Source of the DNA: Nitrospinaceae bacterium
GTDB lineage: Bacteria; Nitrospinota; Nitrospinia; Nitrospinales; Nitrospinaceae
DNA length: 64,000 nucleotides
Direction: 5' to 3'
Assembly (NCBI GenBank): GCA_965223665.1
Contig: OZ245011.1
Coordinates: forward strand, 256,001 to 320,000
Positions 42,067-52,103 of this stretch are shown piece after piece; the stretch's first letter is position 1, and every line of letters begins with the position of its first letter. Made by a program: the position numbers and the translations under genes. The notes below the pieces were generated by a model, which was not told where the DNA came from, made no database searches, and saw nothing but the letters and a program-made list of their open reading frames with translations.

Positions 42067-42095
42067 TTGACTAAACAGTTAGTTTTTTGTATATT
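42067..42095 (+). promoter_or_regulatory. Sigma70 promoter of tetR overlapped by an operator
   Basis: TTGACT-N17-TATATT; operator-like GACTAAACAGTTAGTT at 42069-42084. Confidence 0.6.
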
Positions 42096-42132
42096 TTAAA
42101 AGTAAACTGAATAGTAAGTTAAATAAAAAATT

Positions 42133-42714
42133 ATGAGCATATCCAGGAAATCCCAAACAAGAGATAAGATCATTCAAGCTGCATTTGAATTGTTCTACCA
42201 GCAGGGCTATCAGGCAACTACTGTAGATCAAATAATTGATAAGTCAGGGGTTTCTAAACCTACTGTTTATTCCCATTTCCCCTCGAAGGAAGATCTTTGC
42301 GTGGCATATATGAAAGAGCGACACTCCCGGGAATTGCAATCCCTGGATAAATTCCTGAAGCAGGAAAAAACCGCTAAAGATAGGTATTTAGGGGTTATGC
42401 GGTGGATGCAACGGGGATTGATCGATTCTAACTATAGGGGTTGTGGTTTTTTTAATATGGTCTCTGAAATCCCAGACCCTAAAAATCCAATTGTTTATGA
42501 AGCAAAAAATTTTGTGGACCAATTTAGAAAAGTGATTAAAGAGAGGGTAAATGAATTAAGGGAATCTGATGATAAATACAAGGGGTTGGACCCTGATAGA
42601 ATTGCCGATGCCTATTACTTGATTGTTGGTGGTTCTATTATGGGTAGTCAAGAATATAGAGATTCCTGGCCAACAGATAGGGCTTTGTTAGAGGTTGAAA
42701 AATTGATTGAGTAA
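42133..42714 (+). CDS. TetR/AcrR family regulator (NemR-like, GC motif)
   Basis: I..AA.ELFY.QGY.ATTVDQI....GVSK.T.Y.HF.SKE.L; RGC.F.N in C-terminal domain. Confidence 0.93.
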   Translation: MSISRKSQTRDKIIQAAFELFYQQGYQATTVDQIIDKSGVSKPTVYSHFPSKEDLCVAYMKERHSRELQSLDKFLKQEKTAKDRYLGVMRWMQRGLIDSNYRGCGFFNMVSEIPDPKNPIVYEAKNFVDQFRKVIKERVNELRESDDKYKGLDPDRIADAYYLIVGGSIMGSQEYRDSWPTDRALLEVEKLIE

Positions 42715-42739
42715 CAATATATTTTTTTGCCACAGGTTT

Positions 42740-42755
42740 AACTAACTAGTTAGTT
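42740..42755. promoter_or_regulatory. Perfect 16-bp palindrome, putative TetR operator upstream of the OsmC gene
   Basis: AACTAACTAGTTAGTT; related copies at 42069-42084 and 42105-42120. Confidence 0.72.
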
Positions 42756-42791
42756 TTTAAATTAAACTGATAAAAAAGAGGAGAAAGAAAA

Positions 42792-43355
42792 ATGACAACC
42801 AATACTGAACAAGAAAAAGTATTGAATGGGGTTAACGTAACCAAAATGTTTGAAACCATTCACGCTGTCAAAGATAATCCTGACATTGCAAAATTTCGGT
42901 TTAAGGCCACCAATCAATGGATAAAAGGAGGGCATAACCGTACTACTATTAAAGAATTTTATGGGGCTTGTCAGGAGGACACCACTCGCACTGAGCCTTT
43001 TGTTTTAGATGCAGATGAGCCACCTGTTTTATTGGGTGAGGATATTGGCCCAAACCCTGTGGAATATGTTTTAAAAGCGTTAGCGAGTTGTATGACGACA
43101 ACTATGGTTTATCATGCTGCTTCTCGAGGAATTAAAATTGAAGAAGTTGAGTCGACCCTGGAGGGGGATCTGGATCTACAAGGATTTTTGGGGCTTAATG
43201 ATGACGTTCGTAAGGGTTATCAAAATGTTCGAGTTAATTTCAAGGTTAAATCTGATGCGCATCCAGCAATCTTAAAGGATTTGGCAGAAAACTCTCCTGT
43301 TTTCGATATCATATCCAATCCGGTTCCAGTGGAATGCTCTGTCACCAAGGATTAG
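42792..43355 (+). CDS. OsmC/Ohr family protein
   Basis: ADEPPVLLGED.GPNPVEY.L.ALASC, GDLDLQGFLG, SPVFD. Confidence 0.92.
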   Translation: MTTNTEQEKVLNGVNVTKMFETIHAVKDNPDIAKFRFKATNQWIKGGHNRTTIKEFYGACQEDTTRTEPFVLDADEPPVLLGEDIGPNPVEYVLKALASCMTTTMVYHAASRGIKIEEVESTLEGDLDLQGFLGLNDDVRKGYQNVRVNFKVKSDAHPAILKDLAENSPVFDIISNPVPVECSVTKD

Positions 43356-43370
43356 AAGGGATTAAGTTTT

Positions 43371-43420
43371 AAAAAAAAAGAAACCGGAATCATTTATTAA
43401 TGATTCCGGTTTTTATTTTT
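43371..43420. terminator. Bidirectional intrinsic terminator between the OsmC gene and sucD
   Basis: AAACCGGAATCATT-tatt-AATGATTCCGGTTT (43381-43412) flanked by A-run and T-run. Confidence 0.85.
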
Positions 43421-43444
43421 AAGATTTTTTATTTGTCAGAATTG

Positions 43445-44311
43445 CTACAGACACTTGGCAATAGTTTTGCCAAGATCTGCGGGACTCTTAACCACTTTAA
43501 TCCCACACTTTTTCATTACTTTCATTTTACTTTCAGCGGTTCCCTGCCCACCTGAAATAATAGCTCCCGCATGCCCCATCCGTCGACCTGGGGGTGCGGT
43601 TTGCCCGGCAATAAAACCAACTACAGGTTTAGTGATATTTTTCTTAATGAAATATGCCGCTTCATCTTCTGCTGATCCGCCAATTTCACCAATCATACAG
43701 ATTGCTTTTGTAGAACGATCTTTTTGAAACAATTTAAGCACATCTATGTAACGGGTTCCTATGATTGGATCTCCTCCAATACCTACGCAGGTAGATTGTC
43801 CAATACCTAAAGCAGTTAACTGACCAACCGCTTCATAGGTAAGCGTTCCACTTCGTGAAATTATTCCAACACTTCCTTTTTTATGAATATGCCCGGGCAT
43901 GATTCCAATTTTTGCTTTGCCGGGAGAAATGACACCAGGACAATTTGGGCCTACTAAACGAGAATCGGTGTTTTGCAGGTATTTATAAACTTCCACCATA
44001 TCGTAAACAGGAATTCCTTCACTGATACAAACAATTAACGCAACTCCGGCATCTGCCGATTCAAGGATAGCATCGGCGGCAAATCCAGGAGGTACAAATA
44101 TAACGCTTGCATTGGCCTTAGTTTTTGCAACAGCATCTTTTACTGTATTAAATACAGGAACTCCCAAAACTTCTTGACCGCCTTTTCCAGGCGTAACCCC
44201 TGCAACAACATTGGTTCCATATTTTTGGGCCTGTTCTGTATGAAACATTCCTTCTCGTCCTGTGATTCCTTGGACAAGTAACCGTGTTTTTTCATCTACA
44301 AGTATGCTCAT
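43445..44311 (-). CDS. sucD: Succinyl-CoA synthetase alpha subunit
   Basis: [32 protein letters not shown]. Confidence 0.97.
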   Translation of the reverse strand: MSILVDEKTRLLVQGITGREGMFHTEQAQKYGTNVVAGVTPGKGGQEVLGVPVFNTVKDAVAKTKANASVIFVPPGFAADAILESADAGVALIVCISEGIPVYDMVEVYKYLQNTDSRLVGPNCPGVISPGKAKIGIMPGHIHKKGSVGIISRSGTLTYEAVGQLTALGIGQSTCVGIGGDPIIGTRYIDVLKLFQKDRSTKAICMIGEIGGSAEDEAAYFIKKNITKPVVGFIAGQTAPPGRRMGHAGAIISGGQGTAESKMKVMKKCGIKVVKSPADLGKTIAKCL

Positions 44312-45468
44312 TTGATTGCCTTCACCACTTTTTGAGCGGCATCTTTCATGCCGTTTCCAACAATAAAATTTAACCCTGATTCTTTTAAAAGATAATGCCC
44401 TTCTTCCATGTTGGTCCCCTCCATTCGAATAACCACGGGAACTTTAACTTCTAATTTTCTTGCGGCGGCGATTACTCCATTAGCTAAAATATCGCACCGC
44501 AAGATACCACCAAAAATATTAATAAAAATAGCTTGGACGTTGGGATCTGAAAGTAAAATTCGAAATGCATTTTCAATCATTTCTTCATTAGCTCCACCAC
44601 CCACATCTAAAAAGTTTGCCGGTTGACCCCCCGAATGTTTAATGATGTCCATAGTGGCCATAGCCAATCCAGCGCCATTTACCATACACCCAATGTTTCC
44701 TTCCAACTGAATATAATTCAGATTAAACTTACTCGCTTCAATTTCATTTGGGTCTTCTTCATCCAGGTCTCGATAAGCTAACGTATCTTTATGACGTCCC
44801 AGGGCATTATCATCAATATCTACCTTCGCATCTAATGCTAAAATTCGATCATCAGCGGTGATAACTAGAGGGTTGATTTCAAGCATTGAAAGGTCTTCTT
44901 TTACAAAGCAGTTGTATAAATTAATGATGAATGGAATTGCTTTCTTTAAAACGTCTCCACTGAGGTTCAAACTGAAAGCAATTTTTCTTGCTAAGTAGGG
45001 TTTGACTCCCACCACCGGATCAACATACTCAGTGATAATTTTTTCCGGTGTTTCTGCGGCAACCTCTTCAATTTCCATTCCACCAGCTTCGCTAGCCATA
45101 ATCATTACCCGACTGGTCTCCCGATCAATGAGCAAGCTTATATAAAGCTCTTTAACAATTTCCATTCCCTCTTCGATCAAGACTTTTTTTACGAGTTTTC
45201 CTTCTGGACCGGTTTGATGGGTGACAAGGGTCATCCCAAGGATTTCTCCAGCCAACTTTTCTGCTTCCTTTGGGCTTTTAGCAAGTTTTACCCCACCGCC
45301 TTTACCGCGGCCACCCGCGTGAATTTGTGCTTTAACCACAACAACTGAAGTGCCTAGTTCTTTGGCAGCTTTAGCCGCTTCAGATTTATTGTCGATTACT
45401 TTTCCGTTGGGTACTGAAACATTGTACTTACGAAGTAACTCTTTCCCCTGATACTCGTGTATTTTCAT
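44308..45468 (-). CDS. sucC: Succinyl-CoA synthetase beta subunit
   Basis: [42 protein letters not shown]. Confidence 0.97.
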   Translation of the reverse strand: MKIHEYQGKELLRKYNVSVPNGKVIDNKSEAAKAAKELGTSVVVVKAQIHAGGRGKGGGVKLAKSPKEAEKLAGEILGMTLVTHQTGPEGKLVKKVLIEEGMEIVKELYISLLIDRETSRVMIMASEAGGMEIEEVAAETPEKIITEYVDPVVGVKPYLARKIAFSLNLSGDVLKKAIPFIINLYNCFVKEDLSMLEINPLVITADDRILALDAKVDIDDNALGRHKDTLAYRDLDEEDPNEIEASKFNLNYIQLEGNIGCMVNGAGLAMATMDIIKHSGGQPANFLDVGGGANEEMIENAFRILLSDPNVQAIFINIFGGILRCDILANGVIAAARKLEVKVPVVIRMEGTNMEEGHYLLKESGLNFIVGNGMKDAAQKVVKAIK

Positions 45469-45577
45469 AATAGTTTTTTGGTTAGAAATAAATTTGGAAC
45501 TGTTTAAAAGGAGGGCCGATTTTTATCACATGAGGGGTGAATTGTCAAAAAAAACTGGTTAATTAAAGATGCTTAAA

Positions 45578-46012
45578 TTAGCACTTAGAGGTAATGCTTT
45601 TGGTGGGTCCTTCGGGAGAATTGGATGGCCTGAGGGTGTTATCACTTCGAAAAATTTGCTCCCAGGCATCACGTAATGGATTTAAAATTTTAAGAATAGA
45701 TTCCAAAGCTTTAGAATCAGATTTTACATTTGCAGAGGTTAGTTGGCGTAGAATGAATTGATAAAGGTCTTCCAATTTTCGAGAAATATCTCCTCCTTTT
45801 TCCAAGTCTAATGCTAAAGATAGTTCGTTAATAATATCGTGTGTTTTCTGTATGTATTTTCCTCTTCCTGGTAGATCATTTTTTTCCATTGCTAAAATGG
45901 CCATATTGACGAATTTAATTGCTCCGTCATACATCATGATGATGAGTTTTCCTTGATTGGAAGTAGCAACTTCATTTCTTTGATATTCTTTAAAATAATC
46001 TGCTGGACCCAT
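45578..46012 (-). CDS. fliS: Flagellin export chaperone FliS
   Basis: LIIMMYDGAI, II.EL...LD...GG.I...L..LY, L.DAW. Confidence 0.93.
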   Translation of the reverse strand: MGPADYFKEYQRNEVATSNQGKLIIMMYDGAIKFVNMAILAMEKNDLPGRGKYIQKTHDIINELSLALDLEKGGDISRKLEDLYQFILRQLTSANVKSDSKALESILKILNPLRDAWEQIFRSDNTLRPSNSPEGPTKSITSKC

Positions 46013-46048
46013 CCCTATTTGTTCTCCTCAACTCTTAGTTCAAAAATT

Positions 46049-47662
46049 TTATTTATTAAATGCACTTTTGATGCTTTCAATTGAATTGGAAAAAGCTTGT
46101 CTTTGAGTGTTTAATCGACCCAATATCAATTCCAGGTTAATAAATCGATCTCTAATGTTTTGCTCAAATAACTCTAACCGCTCGTCCATATCAAATATTG
46201 TTTCATTCAAATCATCGATTGTATTTGTTACAGTTTTTATTTCAGATTCGAGAGGACCATTTTGTGTCGTATCTAATAAGGCACTTATTTCGCTGTTTAA
46301 TTGTTCAGCCACTCCCATGGTTAAATCAATGGTGCCATAATCTCCATCGACAGAGGTTCCAATTCTAAAATTTAATCCCTCTGCAGAAGTTCCTTCAGCG
46401 CCTGCGAAAAAATTCCCGGTGCCCGTAGCATTGGTAAAGTTAGGTTCTCCAATTTTTCGAAGTTGTGGAACTCCTCCCAGAACGCGGACTTCAAATGAAC
46501 CTGCTTGAGTTTTATCTGTAAAACCTACAAAGGTGACAGCTGAATTACTGGCAATTCCTTTACTAGCAAATAATTCTGCTACACTTTGGGAGTCACCTAA
46601 AAGGGCTTCATCTAACTTCGTAGAATCTACAATAAGAGTCCCGTCTGATTGTGTGGTGATACCAATTTGAGCTAGAAATGAGTTCGCCCCTTTAAGTCCA
46701 TCGATTTCTCCGGTGGTAACGCTTCGCAAAGTATTTTGAAGGTTCTGGACCATAAAGTTACCAAATAGAAGACCCGTTTCCAAAGTCTCCTCATCAAATG
46801 TCAGTTGGTCTCGCAAAAATTCAAATAATTGGTTATAGCCATCTACAAAATCAAATATTTTAGTTTTAATTTCTTCCCGATCCGTTTTGACTTCAATAGT
46901 ACCGCTTCCAATAGATACCAAATTTAAAATAGTACCTTGTACAACATCATTTACTGTATTGCTGGATTTAACTATGTCGATTCCGTCGAGCTTTAACAAG
47001 GCATCTTGTGCAGTTTGGGTTTCAGTGAATGTCATTGCATCGAATTCTCCGGTTCCAATACTCGAAGTAAATAGCCGAGCAGTGACTGAATTTTCTGCAC
47101 CTGTTTTAGTTCCTGATAAAAGTAGTCTTACAGGTGTGGACCCACTTCCATCATTAATGAAAGATGCCTGTACATCGGCCCCAGAATTGTTGATAGCCAA
47201 TCTGAGTCCATCTAAAGAGTTGTTGGACGAGTCGATTTGTATAAAAGTAGTTTTGTCTCCTACTTTAATTTCAAATATGCCTTGTTGTATTTCACTGGTA
47301 ATGGACTCAAAGCCTGCGGAAGTTATTTTGCTTTCCTTGGCCAGTTGGGTGACTTCTAGTGTAAAAGAACCTGAGGTCGAAAGACTGGTGGGATTAATTT
47401 CGACAACGTCCCCATCGCCAGAGGTTTTTGAAAATTCTCCTTTATTGGATATAAATCGACTTTCTGTGTTTATCGAGGCAAGTGAGTTTTTAAATACCTG
47501 CAATTGAGATTTTAAGTCTTGAAAAGCATTGAGCTTTTCTTCCTCGAGTTCTACCTGGGCTAACTTCAGCTCAATGGGTCTTCCTTGGAGTTGAATGAGT
47601 TTGCTCACTACATCGGCAGTGTCAAAACCTGATTGAATTCCAAATATTGAGGTTTCAGCCAT
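46049..47662 (-). CDS. fliD: Flagellar filament cap protein FliD
   Basis: GIQSGFDT..VV..L, V.QLA, AQDA...DGI, SN, FV..YN, LAQIGI, C-terminal helical region. Confidence 0.92.
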   Translation of the reverse strand: MAETSIFGIQSGFDTADVVSKLIQLQGRPIELKLAQVELEEEKLNAFQDLKSQLQVFKNSLASINTESRFISNKGEFSKTSGDGDVVEINPTSLSTSGSFTLEVTQLAKESKITSAGFESITSEIQQGIFEIKVGDKTTFIQIDSSNNSLDGLRLAINNSGADVQASFINDGSGSTPVRLLLSGTKTGAENSVTARLFTSSIGTGEFDAMTFTETQTAQDALLKLDGIDIVKSSNTVNDVVQGTILNLVSIGSGTIEVKTDREEIKTKIFDFVDGYNQLFEFLRDQLTFDEETLETGLLFGNFMVQNLQNTLRSVTTGEIDGLKGANSFLAQIGITTQSDGTLIVDSTKLDEALLGDSQSVAELFASKGIASNSAVTFVGFTDKTQAGSFEVRVLGGVPQLRKIGEPNFTNATGTGNFFAGAEGTSAEGLNFRIGTSVDGDYGTIDLTMGVAEQLNSEISALLDTTQNGPLESEIKTVTNTIDDLNETIFDMDERLELFEQNIRDRFINLELILGRLNTQRQAFSNSIESIKSAFNK

Positions 47663-47713
47663 GTAAAGTTTCCAAATCCAAGGGCTAATAAAAATATCCA
47701 GTTACTTTGATGG

Positions 47714-47741
47714 TTATCGGCTGTAAACCTTTTAAACTTTA
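47714..47741 (-). promoter_or_regulatory. Sigma28 (FliA) promoter for fliD-fliS
   Basis: Minus strand TAAAGTTT-N12-GCCGATAA about 50 nt upstream of the fliD ATG. Confidence 0.8.
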
Positions 47742-47904
47742 GGGTTCCAGCTCTTTTAACCCTCGATTTGGAAAAAATGTAGGTTAGTCCTAGGCAATTC
47801 AAAGGATTTCTCCTAACTATTTGAAATTATTGATAAAAATTTAAAACTATTGAAAAAGTTAGATTTTCTTGAACAAAGTCCAAGGGAAATGCTATAAGGC
47901 ATGT

Positions 47905-48558
47905 ATGAACGAACAATTTGATCTATTTGCTGATAATAATGTTGATTCTGGTTCGAGTGAACCGAAAAAATTAAACCCTAGGATTTTGTACTTTGACTTA
48001 GAAACTCAAAAAAGTGCGGATGAAGTTGGTGGGTGGGGTAATAGCCACAAAATGGGTTTAGCGGTAGGGGCTGTTTGGGATAGCTTAGAGAAGAAGTATC
48101 TAACCTATCTTGAAGAAGAAGCACCAGATTTAGTGAAAAAATTAGTAACAGCCGATTTAGTTGTTGGTTTTAACGTAATAGGATTTGATTATGCGGTTTT
48201 GCAGCCATATGCCAATGATCTTCACATTGACCTTCAGGAAATACCCACTTTCGATATGTTAATTGATGTTCATAGAAAACTTAACCATCGCCTTAGTTTA
48301 AATAATTTGGCTCAGATTACTTTAGGAGCAGAGAAAAGCGCAGATGGATTGGTATCATTGCGATGGTACAAAGAATATTTACAGGGTGACTCCTCCAAGT
48401 TAGAAAAAATTATTGAATATTGTAAAAAAGATGTAGAAATAACCCGTGACTTATTTTTATTTGGCGAAAAAAACGGTTATGTTGAATATGAAAGTCGTTC
48501 AAAGGGTAGGGCTCGACTTGAAGTAGATTGGAAAACTGATCGACTTGCAAAAAAATAA
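47905..48558 (+). CDS. DEDD-type RNase H-like 3'-5' exonuclease domain protein (YprB/MrfB-like)
   Basis: FDLET, GFN..GFD, YC..DV motifs; ATG 47905 preferred over TTG 47869. Confidence 0.82.
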   Translation: MNEQFDLFADNNVDSGSSEPKKLNPRILYFDLETQKSADEVGGWGNSHKMGLAVGAVWDSLEKKYLTYLEEEAPDLVKKLVTADLVVGFNVIGFDYAVLQPYANDLHIDLQEIPTFDMLIDVHRKLNHRLSLNNLAQITLGAEKSADGLVSLRWYKEYLQGDSSKLEKIIEYCKKDVEITRDLFLFGEKNGYVEYESRSKGRARLEVDWKTDRLAKK

Positions 48559-48589
48559 TAAGAAATTCTTTAACGGATTATGGAACTTT

Positions 48590-49372
48590 CTATTTTTTTT
48601 CTGCCAGGGCAACGATTATCGCTTTTTCAGTATTTGGTCCCCAAACCCCATCGGCGGATAAATCCTTTTTCTCCTGAAAATGCATTAAAGATCCTTTAGA
48701 AACTGGGCCCCACTTGCCATCAACTTTTCCTTTATAAAATCCTAATTCTTTTAGAGCTTTTTGTCTGCTTTTTACAGTTGAAAAATTGTTAGCATTAAAA
48801 CGAATTGCCTCTACTATCGTTTGTAATGTGTTTCCGGGGCAGGAGGGTTTTCCAAATAAAAAATGTCCGTATAAATCATTCTCATTCCAATCCCAATGTT
48901 CTCGACATATTTGCCACAATACCAGCCCTGCCAATAATTGTTGATGGTTGGGTTCACCTGCGGAGGGGTCATCTACTTTTTCTCCTTGGAATAAACCTTC
49001 GAACATGACAGACATAAACTCAGAGTTTTCATCTCCAGGCCGACCTTTAAAACCTTGAGACCAGGTAGCTTTGGATAAGTTATTGCATAATACAATTTGT
49101 CCGTTTTTACGAATTGCGAAGGTGTATGCAATACTTTCAACTCCTCCCTTTCGCAGGTGTGAATTCTTGCTGGTATGATACTTGGCAACGGCCTCTACTG
49201 TTCCCCAACCTAATTCTTGGTGTAAAACTAAACCTTTAATTTTTACGGGGTCTCGAGTTTTCCATTTTTTAGCCTTTGAATTTTTTTTTAATACCCTTCT
49301 TCCATCAAGGGGTTTTTTCATATTTAATGCTTTGGCAACTATGGCCAATTGCTCTAGAATATCTTCTTCCAT
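48590..49372 (-). CDS. Amidase_2-type peptidoglycan amidase with C-terminal peptidoglycan-binding domain
   Basis: LVLH, IAY.F.I...G, YGH......CPG; Q..L..LGFY.G.VDG.WG....FQ....L..DG.WGP.T. Confidence 0.85.
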   Translation of the reverse strand: MEEDILEQLAIVAKALNMKKPLDGRRVLKKNSKAKKWKTRDPVKIKGLVLHQELGWGTVEAVAKYHTSKNSHLRKGGVESIAYTFAIRKNGQIVLCNNLSKATWSQGFKGRPGDENSEFMSVMFEGLFQGEKVDDPSAGEPNHQQLLAGLVLWQICREHWDWNENDLYGHFLFGKPSCPGNTLQTIVEAIRFNANNFSTVKSRQKALKELGFYKGKVDGKWGPVSKGSLMHFQEKKDLSADGVWGPNTEKAIIVALAEKK

Positions 49373-49478
49373 GGCAGCTCCAAAGTTATATGGTAAATTC
49401 GGCGCAAATAGAATGAAATAAAAAAACTATAAATCGCTTTTCGGAATAAATCAAGGTTGGGAAAAAATCATTTTGAAG

Positions 49479-50477
49479 CTATTTAGTTTTTACAGTATCC
49501 AGGAGTTTTTCAATTATATCCACAGGATTTAAATTCTCTGCCTCTGCTTTAAAGTTAAGGATAATTCTATGTTCTAAAACTTGGCGAGCGACACTTCGAA
49601 TATCCTCTACACTGACAGCTACTCTGTTATCCATTAAAGCCCGTGTTTTGGCTGCCAATATTAAATATTGTGAGGCTCTGGGGCCTGCTCCCCAATTTAC
49701 CCACTCATTTACAAATTCTGGGGAACCTTGGCTCTTGGGACGGGTTGCCTGTACCAAGTCCACCGCAAAATGAGCGACATGTTCTGAAATGGGAACGCGA
49801 GGGACTAATTGTTGTAGTTTTACAATCTGATCAGAATCCATTACTTCGTTTAAATCTGGGTCATGCCCTGAGGTAGTTGAAACGGCTATATCAACCTCTT
49901 GTTCTCTAGTAGGGTATTCAACATTGATGAGAAACATAAAACGATCTAATTGCGCTTCAGGAAGCGGATAGGTACCTTCATGTTCAATTGGATTTTGCGT
50001 TGCAAAGACTAAAAAGGGTTGCTCCAGGTGGTAAGTTGAAGCTCCCGCCGTAATTTGTTTTTCCTGCATTGCTTGCAATAAAGCAGCCTGAGTTTTTGGG
50101 GGAGTACGATTGATTTCATCCGCTAAAATTATATTTGCAAATACAGGACCTTTGATAAATCTAAAGTCACGTTTTCCGGTTGCATGATCCTCATAAAGTA
50201 TTTCTGTTCCCGTAATGTCCGTAGGCATTAAATCCGGAGTAAATTGAATTCGCTTGAATTCTAATTTAAGAATTTTTGCAAGTGAACTGACCAATAGGGT
50301 TTTTGCCAAACCTGGAACACCGACAAATAAGCAGTGTCCCTTCGAAAATAGGGCGATTAAGAGATTTTCGATTACATGGTCTTGACCAATAATTACTTTT
50401 CGAATTTCATGAATGACTTTTTCTTTTGCTTCAAGAAATTCTTTGGCTAGGGTCAGATCCTCAACTGGTGTTTCCAT
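49479..50477 (-). CDS. MoxR family AAA+ ATPase
   Basis: GVPGLAKT, RIQFTPDLMP.DI.G, ADEINR.PPKTQ.ALL, NPIE.EGTYPLPEAQLDRF. Confidence 0.96.
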   Translation of the reverse strand: METPVEDLTLAKEFLEAKEKVIHEIRKVIIGQDHVIENLLIALFSKGHCLFVGVPGLAKTLLVSSLAKILKLEFKRIQFTPDLMPTDITGTEILYEDHATGKRDFRFIKGPVFANIILADEINRTPPKTQAALLQAMQEKQITAGASTYHLEQPFLVFATQNPIEHEGTYPLPEAQLDRFMFLINVEYPTREQEVDIAVSTTSGHDPDLNEVMDSDQIVKLQQLVPRVPISEHVAHFAVDLVQATRPKSQGSPEFVNEWVNWGAGPRASQYLILAAKTRALMDNRVAVSVEDIRSVARQVLEHRIILNFKAEAENLNPVDIIEKLLDTVKTK

Positions 50478-50528
50478 TATTTTTCCTTGTCAAATGTATG
50501 CTGAAATACTGAATTTAAGGTACGAGTT

Positions 50529-52103
50529 TTATTTGATTAAGCTGAATAACCTCACTTGTTCTTCTTTCTTTGATGTTTTTGCAAGTTTTGTGTAAATATT
50601 GATTAGTCTAGCATGGACCAGCGGATTAAAAGGATTGATTTTCTCTGCTTGTTTAAAAAAATATTCGGATTGAGTAAAGTTTTTGCGGAAAAAGTAAACT
50701 TCCCCCAGGTTGGTCAGTGTTGTATGAAACATGGGATAATATTTTAGGCTCTCTTGAAGAAGTTTTTCTGCTTTTATATCTTGATTATTGGATAAGTAAG
50801 TTGCTGCTAATTTGTTATAAAGAACGGGAGATAAAGTTTGTGACTTTTGAATAGCTTTTTCATATTCAATAATGGCGGCATCTACAAATTGACGCGATTT
50901 TAAAATATCTCCCAACAAAGTAAAGTCTTGAGCTTGTCTATTAACGGAACTTAAATTTGTTTTGCTTTCGGAAGTTTCTCCAAGTTGAGATTGATTTTTT
51001 TTAAATTGAAACTTTAATACTGTTAGTCCAGGAATTTTTTTTAACGGTTGTTTTTTTATGTAATCTTTCCATTGAATCTGAAATTGTGATAATGAATTAC
51101 CCAACAGTTCCTCTAGAACATTTTCTACCAACTTATTTTTTGACAAGGCTTCGGCTAAAGAAGACAAAATATTTTCCCCTTTAACTTGGACCATATAATC
51201 GACCATAGTTGCCACTTCGGCATATGCTAATTGAACATCTTCGGCACTTTTAAGTTTAGCAAATGAAGGCATCATTGCTTTAAGTTCGACCATGTAATCG
51301 TTGGTTAAGGCATCTGCTAACACGGTCTCCATTATAGGTGATAGATGCTTTTTCCCATTCCGCCATCTGGATTCTAAAAATTTAGCCATTCCCTCGTGAA
51401 GCCAAAGGGGTGCATTATTATTGCTTTTGCTGCTTAATAAATAATGAACATATTCATGACTCAAAGTGTCCATCCAGTTATATCCACGAACTAACGATCC
51501 TGGAGAAATCATCATTATTCGATTATATTTGCAAAGTGCCACCGTTCCTGATGTCATGATGTCTTTTAGGGTTAACGGTGAAATGCGAGAAAATGGTTCC
51601 CGATCCGGGTAAATTTCAATTAACACTTTTTCTTTGGGAAAGAAGTTTAAAATTTCTCCTAAAGTTTGATATGATTTTTCCAGTACTTCTTCTGCGAACG
51701 GAATCAGAACTTCATCCGGGCCATCAGAATAATGAAAAATAAAATGATCTGATTCGTGGGAAACAAACCCTTGGGTTGCATCGAGTGTGTTTTTTACTAA
51801 AGTCTTAAAACTTTTGACCATAGATTGATTGTCTTCGACATCTTTCAGTAATTCCCACGCTTTTTGATAATTTCCTTTATAAAACTCAACTCTAGCTTTC
51901 AAAAATACAACATCCCCAGAGTTAGGGTATGTTTTGTTAAGGGTTTTGACATAGGAATCAGCCTGGCTAAATTGCCATTGGTCGATATAAGTATACCCAC
52001 GTGTAATATCTTCTTGAAAACCCGCGAAAGAGACGCTGATTATTATCTTGAACAATAAAGTGCAAGCTAATAGGCTGAGAAAATTTTTTCTGAAATTTAT
52101 CAT
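50529..52103 (-). CDS. Exported TPR protein with peptidase MA-like (gluzincin) domain
   Basis: Signal peptide; HEYVH...PLWLHEGMA; C-terminal TPR-like helices. Confidence 0.8.
   Translation of the reverse strand: MINFRKNFLSLLACTLLFKIIISVSFAGFQEDITRGYTYIDQWQFSQADSYVKTLNKTYPNSGDVVFLKARVEFYKGNYQKAWELLKDVEDNQSMVKSFKTLVKNTLDATQGFVSHESDHFIFHYSDGPDEVLIPFAEEVLEKSYQTLGEILNFFPKEKVLIEIYPDREPFSRISPLTLKDIMTSGTVALCKYNRIMMISPGSLVRGYNWMDTLSHEYVHYLLSSKSNNNAPLWLHEGMAKFLESRWRNGKKHLSPIMETVLADALTNDYMVELKAMMPSFAKLKSAEDVQLAYAEVATMVDYMVQVKGENILSSLAEALSKNKLVENVLEELLGNSLSQFQIQWKDYIKKQPLKKIPGLTVLKFQFKKNQSQLGETSESKTNLSSVNRQAQDFTLLGDILKSRQFVDAAIIEYEKAIQKSQTLSPVLYNKLAATYLSNNQDIKAEKLLQESLKYYPMFHTTLTNLGEVYFFRKNFTQSEYFFKQAEKINPFNPLVHARLINIYTKLAKTSKKEEQVRLFSLIK

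Noticed and set aside
39729..43355. Prophage or mobile island
   Set aside because: No integrase, transposase, att-like repeats, tRNA or phage structural genes seen
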